NCBI GenBank assembly: GCA_022567305.1
Contig: JADFHF010000004.1
Coordinates: 40,623 to 104,622, forward strand
Reading direction: 5' to 3'
From: Bacteroidota bacterium
Lineage (GTDB): Bacteria > Bacteroidota > Rhodothermia > Rhodothermales > UBA10348
Length of the DNA: 64,000 nt
The notes below the pieces were generated by a model, which was not told the origin of the DNA, did no database searches, and saw nothing but the letters and a program-made list of their open reading frames with translations. Positions 9,596 to 19,910 of this stretch are shown here, piece by piece. Both the position numbers and the translations under genes were made by a program. How positions within the stretch are numbered: position 1 is the first letter of the stretch; each line of letters opens with the position of its first letter.

Positions 9596-11041
9596 ATGAG
9601 ACCCGATTGGACAACAATTGAAGAGCTGAGCCATCGACAGCACGTGTTGTCGATGCTCGATGAGCTGCCAAAGGATGGGCTTGGTGTCGTCTCATCACAG
9701 CATATCGCCGATCGAATTACGGCTGCGGCGGGCCATTTGTCGGGGGGTGGCGATCCATCCGCTCGTGCGGTGGCCGTCTACAGCCCGGGGCGGATAGAAC
9801 TCGTGGGTAAACACACTGACTACGCCGGAGGAAGTAGTCTGACGTGTGCGAGTCAGCGATCATTCTGCATGGTGGCTTGCGCCGCACCGGAGCCGGGAGT
9901 CCAGATTGAAGACCTGGTTTCGGGAAATTCAGCCTTCATTTCCTTCGAGAGTGACTCGGGCAACCCAGGTCCCGGCTGGACGGCGTATCCGAGTACAGTG
10001 CTAAGAAGGTATTGCGCCAATTTCGGAGTTCCAGAGACTGGCATGTCTTTGGTGTTCAGCAGCGATATACCGAGGGCGTCCGGAATGAGTAGCTCCAGCT
10101 CCTTTGTGATCGGAACATGGATGTGCATCGCAGCGCTTTCTGAAGTCACCCGAATCGATTCGTTTCGACAGAACATTCAAACGGGAGCAGATCTCGCGAG
10201 CTACATGGGGTGTGTGGAAAATGGATATTCGTTCAAAGATCTCGATGGTGATGCGGGTGTAGGCACGATGGGAGGGGCCCAGGATCATACGGCCATTCTA
10301 TTCTCTGATCCGCGAACGCTTGGCCACTTTCAATATCGTCCTCTGGTGCGACTGGAGGGCGTTTCTATACCCAGCGAACTCACTTTTGTGATCGCATCCA
10401 GCGGCGTTCGCGCCCCAAAGACGACCGGCGCAAAGGAGGATTACAATAACACGGTGCAGTTAGCCGCTCGGTCCGTAGATATCTGGTCGAAGCGAATGGG
10501 CGGGGTGAGGGGAATCGGCGAGGAGAAAGCGACACTCCGCGACACCGTCACATCCGGCAATTTTTCACTGGACGCGTTCGAGGTCTGCGTCGAAAAAGAA
10601 GAGGCAGATGTGGAAGTTCGACGGGCTCTTCTCAACCGGGTGAGGCAATTCATCGAGGAAACCCAAACGGTAATTCCTGGCGTAATTAAGTCTCTTCAGA
10701 CGGGCGACTATGAATCGCTCCAAAACCATGTATCTCGTTCTCAACAAATGGCGGACGAGTGGCTCGGGAATCAGGTCCCCGAAACCCGCTATCTGGTGGA
10801 AACGGCTCGCGAACACGGAGCTGTCGCATCATCGGCATTTGGCGCCGGCTTTGGTGGCTCTGTCTGGGCCCTGGTTCCATCAAAGAACTCGCCCCGGTTT
10901 CTTATGCGCTGGTTTGCTGCGTACGGACGGTCGTTTCAGCATCGATTGAGGAAGGCCTACTTCTTCCAGGAAAAGACGGGTCCGGGGACTTTTGTTCTCG
11001 GCGTAGATCCCGAATCGCTCCTATTCAAATCGAATTTTTGA
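9596..11041 (+). CDS. galactokinase-family GHMP kinase
   Basis: Contains GRIELVGKHTDYAGG (galactokinase signature-like) and SSDIPRASGMSSSSSF (GHMP phosphate-binding motif). At 481 aa it is longer than classical GalK. Confidence 0.7.
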   Translation: MRPDWTTIEELSHRQHVLSMLDELPKDGLGVVSSQHIADRITAAAGHLSGGGDPSARAVAVYSPGRIELVGKHTDYAGGSSLTCASQRSFCMVACAAPEPGVQIEDLVSGNSAFISFESDSGNPGPGWTAYPSTVLRRYCANFGVPETGMSLVFSSDIPRASGMSSSSSFVIGTWMCIAALSEVTRIDSFRQNIQTGADLASYMGCVENGYSFKDLDGDAGVGTMGGAQDHTAILFSDPRTLGHFQYRPLVRLEGVSIPSELTFVIASSGVRAPKTTGAKEDYNNTVQLAARSVDIWSKRMGGVRGIGEEKATLRDTVTSGNFSLDAFEVCVEKEEADVEVRRALLNRVRQFIEETQTVIPGVIKSLQTGDYESLQNHVSRSQQMADEWLGNQVPETRYLVETAREHGAVASSAFGAGFGGSVWALVPSKNSPRFLMRWFAAYGRSFQHRLRKAYFFQEKTGPGTFVLGVDPESLLFKSNF

Positions 11042-12790
11042 CCACAGTCGGTAGAGCGCTAACATCGAAACCGCTGCAACACCAGCCATGGCGATGGCCG
11101 CAGGTAGACGGCCATATATAAAGTAGCCTGTGGCGAATAGAAGGCTATAAATCCCTAATGCTCCAACCACGGTAGCCAGTAGGCCCGTCGGGATGTCAGA
11201 GCCACCCGTCACATGGTCGATGCCCAGGCGGCTCCGTACGGGCTTCCAACCCGGTCCACCCGGTCGAATTTTCTGGTAGAATGAGTCCAGAACAGCTGGT
11301 TCGGTTGTAGGCCCCAGGAAAGCAACCGAAAGCCAGGCCGTTGTCGTTACTCCAACGCCTACAAGGAGTTGCTGCCACGACTCCATCCCGAAACCGTGCC
11401 CAATCAGAAATAAAATGGCCACAAGAAAGGAAACGACCATTGCAGTTAGCTCTGAGGCTGCATTTACCCGCCACCAATACCACCGGAGGATGAAAAGAAG
11501 TCCGGTACCCGCGCCGATCTGAAGCACGATATTAAATACCTGTAGCGCACTTTCTAGAAACAATGCCAGCGTACAGGCGACCCCCATGAGTACCACCGTC
11601 GTGATTCGACCAGACCAAACCTGCTGATTTTCTGTGGCATCCGGTCGAATGAATCGGTGGTAGATATCGTTGACGATGATGGACGAGCCCCAATTCACTT
11701 GGGTCGACATCGTCGACATATAGGCAGCGGCCAACGACGTGACCACTAGCCCCAGGAGTCCGCTGGGGAGATAGGTCAGCATGGCGGGATAGGCCAGGTC
11801 ATTTTGTACTTGTGCCGTCGGCACATTGGGGAAACGCTCAGCAATGGAGGCCAGATCTGGGAATACGATGAGCGAAGCGAGTGCAATCAAGATCCACGGC
11901 CACGGCCTGAGCGCATAGTGGAGACCGTTGAATAATAGGGTTGCGCCCGCAGCATGCCGTTCGTTTTTAGCCGAAAGCATACGCTGAACGATATAACCCC
12001 CGCCACCTGGTTCTGCGCCCGGATAGTAGGCGGCCCACCACTGAACAGACAGCGGAATAATGAAGACCGGAACGAGTACGTCCATCGATACGGTATCAAA
12101 GGACGGTAGAAAGTCCAGCGAGGAGACGACATTTTCATGGACCAGGAGTGAACTCAGTCCCCCGATTTCTGGAAGATTTAGAACGTAAATGGTCGCCCAG
12201 ATGGATCCGACCATCGCGAGTGAAAACTGAACGAGATCGGTTAAAATAACTCCCCGTAAACCACCAAGAGCTGAATAGACGACCGTTACACCCGCAGCGA
12301 TGACGACCGTTTGAATGGGCGACCAACCCATCATTACGGTACCGATTTTGATTGCCGCCAGCGTGACTGAGGCCATGATGATGATGTTGAACAGGATGCC
12401 CAGGTATACAGCCCGGAAGCCTCTAAGAAACGCGGCCGTTTTACCCGAATAGCGAAGCTCGTAGAATTCTACATCCGTCAGGACACCCGATCGCCGCCAC
12501 AGCTTTGCATACAGAAATACGGTCAACATACCTGTCAGCAGGAAGGACCACCATGCCCAGTTGCCGTACGTACCCCCGCCGCGTACGATGTCGGCCACGA
12601 GATTTGGTGTGTCGGTTGAAAACGTAGTTGCAACCATCGAGACACCGAGCAACCACCAGGGCATGGACTGTCCGCCAAGGAAATAGGATCGAAAGCTTTT
12701 TCCAGAGGTTCGAGAAACAGACAGGCCTATCCCGAGAGACACCGCAAAAAAGGTGGCCATGATGGCCCAGTCTATACCGGAGAGATGCAT
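11021..12790 (-). CDS. sodium:solute symporter (SSF) family transporter
   Basis: Polytopic. I chose the ATG at 12790 (MHLSGIDWAIMATFFAV...) rather than the track start at 12970, because the extra 60 codons are basic and non-membrane. The 3' end overlaps the convergent kinase gene by 21 nt. Confidence 0.8.
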   Translation of the reverse strand: MHLSGIDWAIMATFFAVSLGIGLSVSRTSGKSFRSYFLGGQSMPWWLLGVSMVATTFSTDTPNLVADIVRGGGTYGNWAWWSFLLTGMLTVFLYAKLWRRSGVLTDVEFYELRYSGKTAAFLRGFRAVYLGILFNIIIMASVTLAAIKIGTVMMGWSPIQTVVIAAGVTVVYSALGGLRGVILTDLVQFSLAMVGSIWATIYVLNLPEIGGLSSLLVHENVVSSLDFLPSFDTVSMDVLVPVFIIPLSVQWWAAYYPGAEPGGGGYIVQRMLSAKNERHAAGATLLFNGLHYALRPWPWILIALASLIVFPDLASIAERFPNVPTAQVQNDLAYPAMLTYLPSGLLGLVVTSLAAAYMSTMSTQVNWGSSIIVNDIYHRFIRPDATENQQVWSGRITTVVLMGVACTLALFLESALQVFNIVLQIGAGTGLLFILRWYWWRVNAASELTAMVVSFLVAILFLIGHGFGMESWQQLLVGVGVTTTAWLSVAFLGPTTEPAVLDSFYQKIRPGGPGWKPVRSRLGIDHVTGGSDIPTGLLATVVGALGIYSLLFATGYFIYGRLPAAIAMAGVAAVSMLALYRLWSKIRFE

Positions 12791-13000
12791 AATGCGCCGA
12801 AAGGACAGGAATTGGATGTGCTCCGCCAAAGGTAGCAAAAAAGGAAGATCACACACGAGCGATGAATGAGCGCGGAAGAAGAACGCCGCGTCTTGACTTT
12901 GGCCCGGGCGCTGGCGTTTTTGCGACGGCCGCGCAACACACGAGCGATTCCCATGGAATAAAGACGGCAACTCAAAGAAAGACTACAGGACGCCCACAGA

Positions 13001-14881
13001 ATGGCCACAGAATGCTCACCCGAAACGCCTCATCCGAAGGTTGATATCCTCCGGCTCTTGGGGCAACCGGGTACCGTGCTTCTCGATGGATCGTTGGAGC
13101 CGGGGCAGCGATGCCTGCTCTTCACGGCGCCGGATCGAATTCTGTCTGCGTCTCGGCCAGCTGATGTTCCGGCGCTTCTTGAGTCCGTCGACCAGGTGCT
13201 AAGCGAAGGATGGCATATCGCCGGCTACCTGGCCTATGAGGCTGGATATGGATTCGAGCCGGATCGATTCAGTCACGTAGCGGACAGAGATTACGAACTA
13301 GAATTAGGGTACCCGATTGCTTGGTTCGGACTCTACGAAGAGCCCGATGAGATAGCTTCGGCAGACATCGGAGAGCTGTTTCCACCGCCTGAGGGCGGCT
13401 TGCTTCTGGACGATCTGGTCCTTCAGGAATCGGACGACGAGTACCGTGTTAAGGTCGAAAGGATCCGTGAGCTTATTCGAGATGGCGACGTCTATCAGAT
13501 CAATCTGACGGGTCGATTCGAAGCCCATTCGGATCGCGGAATCCTCGAGCTGTATGGGTTGATGCGGCGCCAGCAACCGGTTTCCTACGGTGCGTTCATC
13601 CAACTGGGGGACGTGCAGATTTTATCTTCCTCGCCAGAACGATTCGTCGAATGGGAAGGAGGGGTCATCCGCGCGCAGCCGATGAAAGGTACTGCACCGC
13701 GGGGGGCCACCGACGAATTGGACAACTATTTGTCTTCGTGGTTACGTACAGATTACAAAAGCCGAGCGGAGAATCTGATGATCGTGGATCTCCTTCGCAA
13801 CGATCTCTCCATGGTGAGTATCCCCGGTACCGTCCAAGTTCCCCGGCTGTTTGAGGTGGAGCAGTACGCCACGCTTTTTCAAATGACGTCGACGATTGAA
13901 GCTCAGCTTCGACCGGGTGTTACGTCGTCTGAACTGATGTCGTCGCTCTTTCCGTGTGGATCGGTCACCGGAGCGCCAAAAATTCGAGCCATGCGACGGA
14001 TACTGGAACTCGAATCGAAACCCCGCGGCGTCTATTGCGGGGCCATCGGCCATATTTCGCCGCATTCGCAGGGCACATTCAGCGTGGCCATTCGAACGCT
14101 CACAAACCGGGAGGGACATTTTATACTCGGCGCAGGTGGCGGCATCGTTTGGGATTCTGATTCTGCTGACGAACTTGAGGAAGCGGTTCTTAAAATCCGA
14201 TTCCTTTCGAGCCGGGCTCAGAATAAATCGGCGCCGATTGAGATCATTGAGACCATGAAATGGCACGATGGCATCGATCTTCTGGATCATCATTTGGCCC
14301 GCCTCCAGCAAACAGCCGATCGACTTGGTTATGCTCTGCCATTCGACAAAATCTCTCGCGAACTGGAGCGGATCGAAAACACACTTGAATCCGGATCACC
14401 TCATGTCATCCGCCTGCTTCTCGGCCCCTATGAAGGGCTGAGAGTTGAAGCCAAACCGCTAATTCATGACATCAAACGGGACTACCTCGTTGGAATCTCC
14501 CAGAATCCCGTACACTCCGATAACCCATTCCTGCAAGTCAAGACTACGTTTCGGCGTATTTATGAGGCCGGTCGAAGGGAGGCTGAGCAGCGCGGACTGG
14601 ATGAAGTTCTCTTTCTAAATGAACAGGCAGAACTCACTGAGGGAACGATTACAAACGTGTTTCTTCTGTTGGACGGAAATTGGAAGACTCCACGGCAATC
14701 TTGCGGTTTATTGGCCGGCATCGGGAGGGAGATCGAACTGGGTTCGAAACGATCACCCGAAGAATGCATTCTTACGCGAGACGATTATCTGAGGGCGGAA
14801 GAGATCGTCCTGACCAATGCTGTCCGGGGTCGAATACGAGCGGTTCGTGAGGAAGACGAATCCGTCGAGGCATCGAAATGA
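13001..14881 (+). CDS. pabB: fused aminodeoxychorismate synthase component I (PabB) and aminodeoxychorismate lyase/class IV aminotransferase (PabC)
   Basis: 626 aa. The N-terminal ~420 aa form a chorismate-binding domain (...SPERFV...MKGTAPRG...CGSVTGAPKIRAM...). The C-terminal ~200 aa are class IV aminotransferase-like (...EGTITNVF...). Confidence 0.8.
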   Translation: MATECSPETPHPKVDILRLLGQPGTVLLDGSLEPGQRCLLFTAPDRILSASRPADVPALLESVDQVLSEGWHIAGYLAYEAGYGFEPDRFSHVADRDYELELGYPIAWFGLYEEPDEIASADIGELFPPPEGGLLLDDLVLQESDDEYRVKVERIRELIRDGDVYQINLTGRFEAHSDRGILELYGLMRRQQPVSYGAFIQLGDVQILSSSPERFVEWEGGVIRAQPMKGTAPRGATDELDNYLSSWLRTDYKSRAENLMIVDLLRNDLSMVSIPGTVQVPRLFEVEQYATLFQMTSTIEAQLRPGVTSSELMSSLFPCGSVTGAPKIRAMRRILELESKPRGVYCGAIGHISPHSQGTFSVAIRTLTNREGHFILGAGGGIVWDSDSADELEEAVLKIRFLSSRAQNKSAPIEIIETMKWHDGIDLLDHHLARLQQTADRLGYALPFDKISRELERIENTLESGSPHVIRLLLGPYEGLRVEAKPLIHDIKRDYLVGISQNPVHSDNPFLQVKTTFRRIYEAGRREAEQRGLDEVLFLNEQAELTEGTITNVFLLLDGNWKTPRQSCGLLAGIGREIELGSKRSPEECILTRDDYLRAEEIVLTNAVRGRIRAVREEDESVEASK

Positions 14882-14883
14882 CA

Positions 14884-15807
14884 TCATGGCTTGTCGGAAT
14901 GGACAGGAGGCCTTTTGCGACCTTCAAAATCATCCATTGAACAAGAAATCCCGAAAAACGTTATCAGCGCGTCAAACCAGGCAACCGGAAGAACCCGAAT
15001 AAGAAAAACAGCAAGAACGAACCGGGGCATGATCAGTCTTTTCTTTCCTGTGTAGATCGCACGCACGGTCTTCTTTACAACGAACTCCGAAGACAGAATC
15101 GGAAGAAGCCAGCTGAATCGCGTTTTGACACCTGAAAACATCCCTGTATCGACATAAAATGGGCATATGAGGGTTGTTTTGACCGGATGTCCGAGGTGCT
15201 TCATCTCGAGTCGCAGCGACTCGTCGAAGGCAACTGCAGCCGACTTGCTGGCAGAGTAGTCTGCCAATTTAGGCGTGCCAACAAAGGCGCCTGCAGATGC
15301 GATCGTTACGACGTGTCCCTTTCCGCGCGAGATCATTTCGGGAAGAAAGGCTTTTGTAACTCTAAAGGGCGCCAGGGCATTGACCGCAAACGTCTTCTCG
15401 ATGTCCTGGTCCGAGAGTTCGGATATCCAATTTCCGTTTACCACCCCGGCATTATTGAGCAGAATATCGACGTGTCCGAAATCACGTAATGTTTCTTCTG
15501 CGGCTTGCAGGATCGAGTCATTGTCTGCGAGGTCGCACGTATACACGTGAAGATGGTTCTCCGTCGGACTTGGCACTGATTTTCCGCTCTCGACCAGCCG
15601 GGCGAGTCCCTCAGAGTCGATGTCCCACGCAGCAACCCGGGCGCCAAGCCCCAGGAAAGTGAGCGCGAACAATCTTCCCATGCCGCTGGCGGCACCCGTG
15701 ATAACGATATGATTGTTAGAGAAATCGATGAATGAGGGCACCATTTGTCGGTCATAAGGGGCCCGTCTCAAGATAAGTGTCTCGTGCACATTCCGAATCC
15801 AATTCAC
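14884..15807 (-). CDS. SDR family oxidoreductase with a hydrophobic C-terminal segment
   Basis: [10 protein letters not shown] (TGxxxGxG), NNAG, and YSASK (catalytic YxxxK). Confidence 0.8.
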   Translation of the reverse strand: MNWIRNVHETLILRRAPYDRQMVPSFIDFSNNHIVITGAASGMGRLFALTFLGLGARVAAWDIDSEGLARLVESGKSVPSPTENHLHVYTCDLADNDSILQAAEETLRDFGHVDILLNNAGVVNGNWISELSDQDIEKTFAVNALAPFRVTKAFLPEMISRGKGHVVTIASAGAFVGTPKLADYSASKSAAVAFDESLRLEMKHLGHPVKTTLICPFYVDTGMFSGVKTRFSWLLPILSSEFVVKKTVRAIYTGKKRLIMPRFVLAVFLIRVLPVAWFDALITFFGISCSMDDFEGRKRPPVHSDKP

Positions 15808-15934
15808 GCGGAGACCAGGAAATCTTTTTGTTCCGTTAGTATTCTATGCAGAAACGCGTAGATGCAAAGGGCGAAATTCAGGACTCGGCCGTATTCTTGA
15901 TCTACAGACGCGACCGGTAATTGAGAGGTCACAT

Positions 15935-17881
15935 ATGGACGAGCGATTTCAAGCTTCGGAAGGGTTCAGTAGCAGGGCTCATGTCAAATCGTATGAGGAG
16001 TACGATGTCCTCTACAAACAGTCCATCCAGGAAAACGAATCATTCTGGGAGGATCAATCGAAGCGAATTGAGTGGTTCGAGCCCTTTCACACCGTCAAAG
16101 ACGTGTCGTATGCGTCCGACGACGTCCACATCGGCTGGTATCTGGGGGGTAAAACCAACGCGGCGTACAACTGCATTGATCGACATCTGGAAACCCGCGG
16201 AGACCAGACGGCTCTGATTTATGAACCCGATGATCCTAAGGACAACGTCCGGCACATCACGTATCGCGAACTACACGCGGCTGTTTGTCGATTGGCCAAC
16301 GTTCTCAAGACTCACGGCGTGAAAAGGGGTGATTGCGTAACGATTTACTTGCCCATGATTCCGGAGGCCGTGTACGCCATGCTGGCATGCGCACGAATCG
16401 GCGCCGTTCATTCGGTTGTGTTCGCTGGGTTCTCACCGGATTCGCTTGCGGACCGGATCTTGGACGGTCATTCACGGATCGTGTTGACGTCCGATCAAAG
16501 CCTTCGAGGTGGAAAGCGAGTGCCTCTTAAAGACAACACGGATAAGGCCCTGGAGCGTTGTCCAGACGTTGCGTCGGTGATTGTCGTAAAGAGAACGGGG
16601 GGAGATATCCATTGGACGGACGGTCGCGACCATTGGTACCATGAAGAGGTAGCCTCGGCCTCCGGCGATTGTCCCGTAGAATACATGGACGCGGAAGACC
16701 CGCTCTTCATGTTGTATACGAGTGGATCGACCGGGAAACCGAAAGGACTGGTGCACTCCACAGGCGGGTATCAGGTCTATGCTTCCCTCACACACGAACT
16801 CATTTTCGACTATCAGGATGGAGACGTGTTCTGGTGTACGGCAGATATCGGTTGGATTACGGGCCACAGTTATATCGTGTATGGCCCGTTACTGAACGGC
16901 GCCACGCAGGTCTTTTTCGAGGGCATTCCTACGTATCCAGACGCGAGTCGATTTTGGGAGGTCGTCGATAAGCATCGCGTGAACCAGTTTTATACCGCAC
17001 CGACAGCGATTCGGGCGTTGATGGCCCAGGGCGATGAATTCGTCACCCGCACCGATCGTTCGTCGCTCAAGGTGCTTGGTACGGTGGGCGAGCCGATCAA
17101 TCCCGAAGCCTGGCTTTGGTATTACAATGTCGTCGGAAACGGAAAATGTCCGATCGTTGACACGTGGTGGCAAACGGAAACCGGCGGGATCATGATCACC
17201 CCGCTTCCCGGAGCCGTACCGCAGAAGCCGGGTGCCGCGACCGTTCCGTTCTTTGGTATAAAACCTGAAGTACTCGATACAGAGGGCAACGTGTTGGATG
17301 GCGAGGTCGAGGGAGTTCTTGCGATTGCGGATTCCTGGCCCGGTCAAGCTCGAACGATTTACGGTGATCACGAGCGCTTCGTACAAACGTACTTTTTGAC
17401 GTTCGAGGGGAAATACTTTACGGGAGACGGTTGTCGCCGGGATGAGGACGGATACTATTGGATCACCGGCCGCGTGGACGATGTCATCAATATTTCAGGC
17501 CATCGAATGGGTACGGCCGAGGTGGAAAGTGCTCTGGTTGCCCATGCAAGCGTCGCGGAAGCGGCGGTTGTCGGGGTGCCCCATGATATCAAAGGACAAG
17601 GTATCTACTGCTATGTCTCCCTGAATGCCGGGGAGGAGCCAACAGAAGATTTGCGTCAAGATCTCAGGCAACAGGTTCGCAAAGCAATCGGTCCCATTGC
17701 GACGCCGGATTTTGTTCAGTTCGCTCCGGGACTTCCAAAAACCAGAAGTGGAAAAATTATGCGGAGAATCCTGCGGAAGATTGCAGCGGACGATTACGAA
17801 AACCTGGGTGACACGTCGACGCTTGCCGATGAAACCGTCGTCTCAGACCTTATTGAAAATCGCCAAAACAGGCTCAGTTAG
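15935..17881 (+). CDS. acs: acetyl-CoA synthetase
   Basis: 648 aa. Contains [11 protein letters not shown] (AMP-binding motif), a typical Acs N-terminus (...[21 protein letters not shown]...) and a C-terminal ...[11 protein letters not shown]... Confidence 0.95.
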   Translation: MDERFQASEGFSSRAHVKSYEEYDVLYKQSIQENESFWEDQSKRIEWFEPFHTVKDVSYASDDVHIGWYLGGKTNAAYNCIDRHLETRGDQTALIYEPDDPKDNVRHITYRELHAAVCRLANVLKTHGVKRGDCVTIYLPMIPEAVYAMLACARIGAVHSVVFAGFSPDSLADRILDGHSRIVLTSDQSLRGGKRVPLKDNTDKALERCPDVASVIVVKRTGGDIHWTDGRDHWYHEEVASASGDCPVEYMDAEDPLFMLYTSGSTGKPKGLVHSTGGYQVYASLTHELIFDYQDGDVFWCTADIGWITGHSYIVYGPLLNGATQVFFEGIPTYPDASRFWEVVDKHRVNQFYTAPTAIRALMAQGDEFVTRTDRSSLKVLGTVGEPINPEAWLWYYNVVGNGKCPIVDTWWQTETGGIMITPLPGAVPQKPGAATVPFFGIKPEVLDTEGNVLDGEVEGVLAIADSWPGQARTIYGDHERFVQTYFLTFEGKYFTGDGCRRDEDGYYWITGRVDDVINISGHRMGTAEVESALVAHASVAEAAVVGVPHDIKGQGIYCYVSLNAGEEPTEDLRQDLRQQVRKAIGPIATPDFVQFAPGLPKTRSGKIMRRILRKIAADDYENLGDTSTLADETVVSDLIENRQNRLS

Positions 17882-18057
17882 CTAACAAATCAAATCATTT
17901 AATCCAAAGTGAGAAAACGGCCGATTCATTCAATCTGGAATGTGGCATAGATTCTGAACGATTTCGGATGGTTCCCAAAAAGTCCTTAGAATGGTCTTTT
18001 TCGACGTTATGCAACCAAATGGGAATGAAGCGTCTCCATACTCCGAACTGCTCCGGG

Positions 18058-18146
18058 AATGAGTACACCATCGGCTCAGATGACGTCCGTCGTATAACCC
18101 GATCGCGCTTGTCGTAGACAAGGGTTGTTCTCATGTCTGCATGGTT
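18058..18146. repeat. non-coding paralogous element, copy A (~89 nt)
   Basis: Aligns with 19911-19998 at 71 of 89 positions (hand count) with a 1-nt indel. The conserved core is gacgtccg.cg.ataaccc...cgcttgtcgtaga.a.gggttg.tctcatgt.tgc. Confidence 0.55.
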
Positions 18147-18385
18147 CGCCGGGTAGATGGCGAGAGATGGGGGGTAGACGGGCCGGGTACAGAGGTTGGT
18201 TTCCTGGGGGAGAGGTCTTAGTACGGGAAGTTTCTCTCTTCTAGACTTGGTCGTATTTCCCTCTATTAAGGGCAAGGAATGATAACGCCTCCTCCCCAGA
18301 AGCAATTCTCACGTTCGCAAAATGTACAGAGAGCGACTACGCACCTGAGATATACGTCCAAACCTAAGGGCACGAAAATAGCGTA

Positions 18386-18408
18386 GAACTACCCCTATTC
18401 TTTACGTC
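18386..18408 (+). promoter_or_regulatory. ECF-sigma-type promoter-like box (GAAC-N15-CGTC) upstream of the response regulator gene
   Basis: GAACTACCCCTATTCTTTACGTC lies 53 nt upstream of the ATG at 18461. The box and its flanks are nearly identical to 19199-19221. Confidence 0.4.
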
Positions 18409-18460
18409 AAAGATGATGGATTATTTGATCTAACGAATTGCTTCGCCCAAGGCTACCGGA

Positions 18461-19114
18461 ATGGCTACCGTCGTTCTCGCAGAGGATTATTCGATTGTTC
18501 GAGAAGGGATTCGGGAGCTTCTAACCCAGACGACCGAACACGAACTTGTCGCCGAATGCGGTGATGGCTTAGCTGCCCTGGAGCTCGTAAAAGAACATCG
18601 CCCCGACATCCTCATCACCGATCTTCGTATGCCTGGTCTCGACGGGTTGGAAGTGACTCGGCGGGTTCATCGGGAATTTCCCAACACGGCCGTCGTCGTC
18701 CTCTCGGTGTATTCGAGTGATTCTTGTGTTTCCCTCGCCTTTCGAAACGGCGCCTTGGCCTATGTGCTCAAGAATTCAGACATCAAGGAGCTGAATGATG
18801 CCATCGTTAGTGCATTAAACGGAAAGCGCTTCATGAGCAAAAGCTTGGCAAGTCTCACCCAACGCGAGCCGATTCCGGCGGATCGCTACGAATTACTCAC
18901 AACTCGAGAACGAGAGATATTCCAGCTGGTTGGTGAAGGATTAACCGTATCAGAGATCTCGGAAAAGCTTTGGATCAGCGTTAGGACCGTCGAAAAAGAC
19001 CGGTCCAACTTAATGCAGAAGCTCGAGGTGGAGAAACCTGCTGACCTGATTCGATTTGCACTTCATCAAGGCCTCATTCCGCTTGACCTTGCCGGCGACC
19101 GAGCCGCTGCCTAA
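18461..19114 (+). CDS. NarL/LuxR-family response regulator (REC + LuxR HTH); no kinase gene is adjacent
   Basis: Receiver domain (...ILITDLRMPGLDG...) and HTH (LTTREREIFQLVGEGLTVSEISEKLWISVRTVEKDRSNLMQKL). Confidence 0.9.
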   Translation: MATVVLAEDYSIVREGIRELLTQTTEHELVAECGDGLAALELVKEHRPDILITDLRMPGLDGLEVTRRVHREFPNTAVVVLSVYSSDSCVSLAFRNGALAYVLKNSDIKELNDAIVSALNGKRFMSKSLASLTQREPIPADRYELLTTREREIFQLVGEGLTVSEISEKLWISVRTVEKDRSNLMQKLEVEKPADLIRFALHQGLIPLDLAGDRAAA

Positions 19115-19198
19115 TCGGGACAACGGTCTCCGATGTTCTCTTGTCGCTCTCGCCGACGGGCATCCGTAGAGCGAACCTGGCTTTACGAAAAATACGCC

Positions 19199-19221
19199 GA
19201 ACTACCTATATTCTTTACGTC
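19199..19221 (+). promoter_or_regulatory. ECF-sigma-type promoter-like box (GAAC-N15-CGTC) upstream of the STAS gene
   Basis: GAACTACCTATATTCTTTACGTC. The surrounding ~60 nt (19185-19245) are similar to 18372-18430. Confidence 0.4.
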
Positions 19222-19419
19222 TCCGAGAGCCGATTACATGAACTAGAAATCGTGAGATTAACTCATGGTGGAAGTTTACTTATCCGCTTCCATGATGGTT
19301 GATTTGAGATAATGTGGTTAATATGAGATAATGCGTGGCTCCTGGAGAGGGTCCCGGAGCTGCGTGTTATTTCATTACGCTTGTTGTCGTTCCAGAAAAC
19401 AGGTTGAAGGCGGACATTA

Positions 19420-19797
19420 ATGACGTGTGATCATGGCAGGCATAAAGAAGAATTTTTTTCCGTCGATCCAATTACCACTGATACGGCCGTCGTGACCGTT
19501 GGTGAATACCTTGATTTTCGGAATGCATCGGATTTCAATGTCATTCTAAAAGACCAAGTTCGTCAGGGTACTCGGAAATTCATCCTGGATTTCTCAGATA
19601 CAAAATCAATCGACTCGACAGGACTAGGTTCGATATTTACGTTGTACCGCCAGCTGAAGCCGTTGAGCGGAATGATCTGTTTCGCCTCGGCATCAGATAC
19701 GGTTAGGATTACATTAAAATTGACGCGATCGTACAAGGTGTTCCAGCAATTCCCGACCGTCGAGGAAGCACAAAAAGCAGTTTGTACGCTGGGATGA
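19420..19797 (+). CDS. STAS-domain protein (anti-sigma-factor antagonist, SpoIIAA/RsbV-like)
   Basis: ...ILDFSDTKSIDSTGLGSIFTLYRQLKP... contains the conserved DS(S/T)GL phospho-serine region. 125 aa; the true start may be internal. Confidence 0.75.
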   Translation: MTCDHGRHKEEFFSVDPITTDTAVVTVGEYLDFRNASDFNVILKDQVRQGTRKFILDFSDTKSIDSTGLGSIFTLYRQLKPLSGMICFASASDTVRITLKLTRSYKVFQQFPTVEEAQKAVCTLG

Positions 19798-19910
19798 TAG
19801 CGATCGAGTTCACGGGCGCCGGGAAAATCGACGACGACCCTAATGCAGCCCTGAGCGATCCGCCGGATGGCTGAATGCGGTAGTCGATCGCTTGATATAG
19901 GGCTTCCGAA

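Noticed and set aside
11021-12970. Track N-termini that extend upstream of the starts I chose (SSF transporter to 12970, GT2 to 36310, ArsC to 43646, NadA from 43555, Lon-N from 44797, PorV from 51378, DAACS from 61112, Ctp from 29292, Rho from 39568)
   Set aside because: The extra residues are basic or non-homologous, or they overlap neighbouring genes. The internal starts give canonical N-termini or signal peptides. Experimental starts could differ.
17895-18305. 136-aa minus-strand ORF in the acs-downstream gap
   Set aside because: The composition is Arg/Pro-rich and low-complexity, and there is no recognisable domain. Its only similarity (to ORF 19709-20044) comes from a nucleotide-level repeat with a 1-nt indel, so the shared peptide is an artefact of a non-coding repeat.
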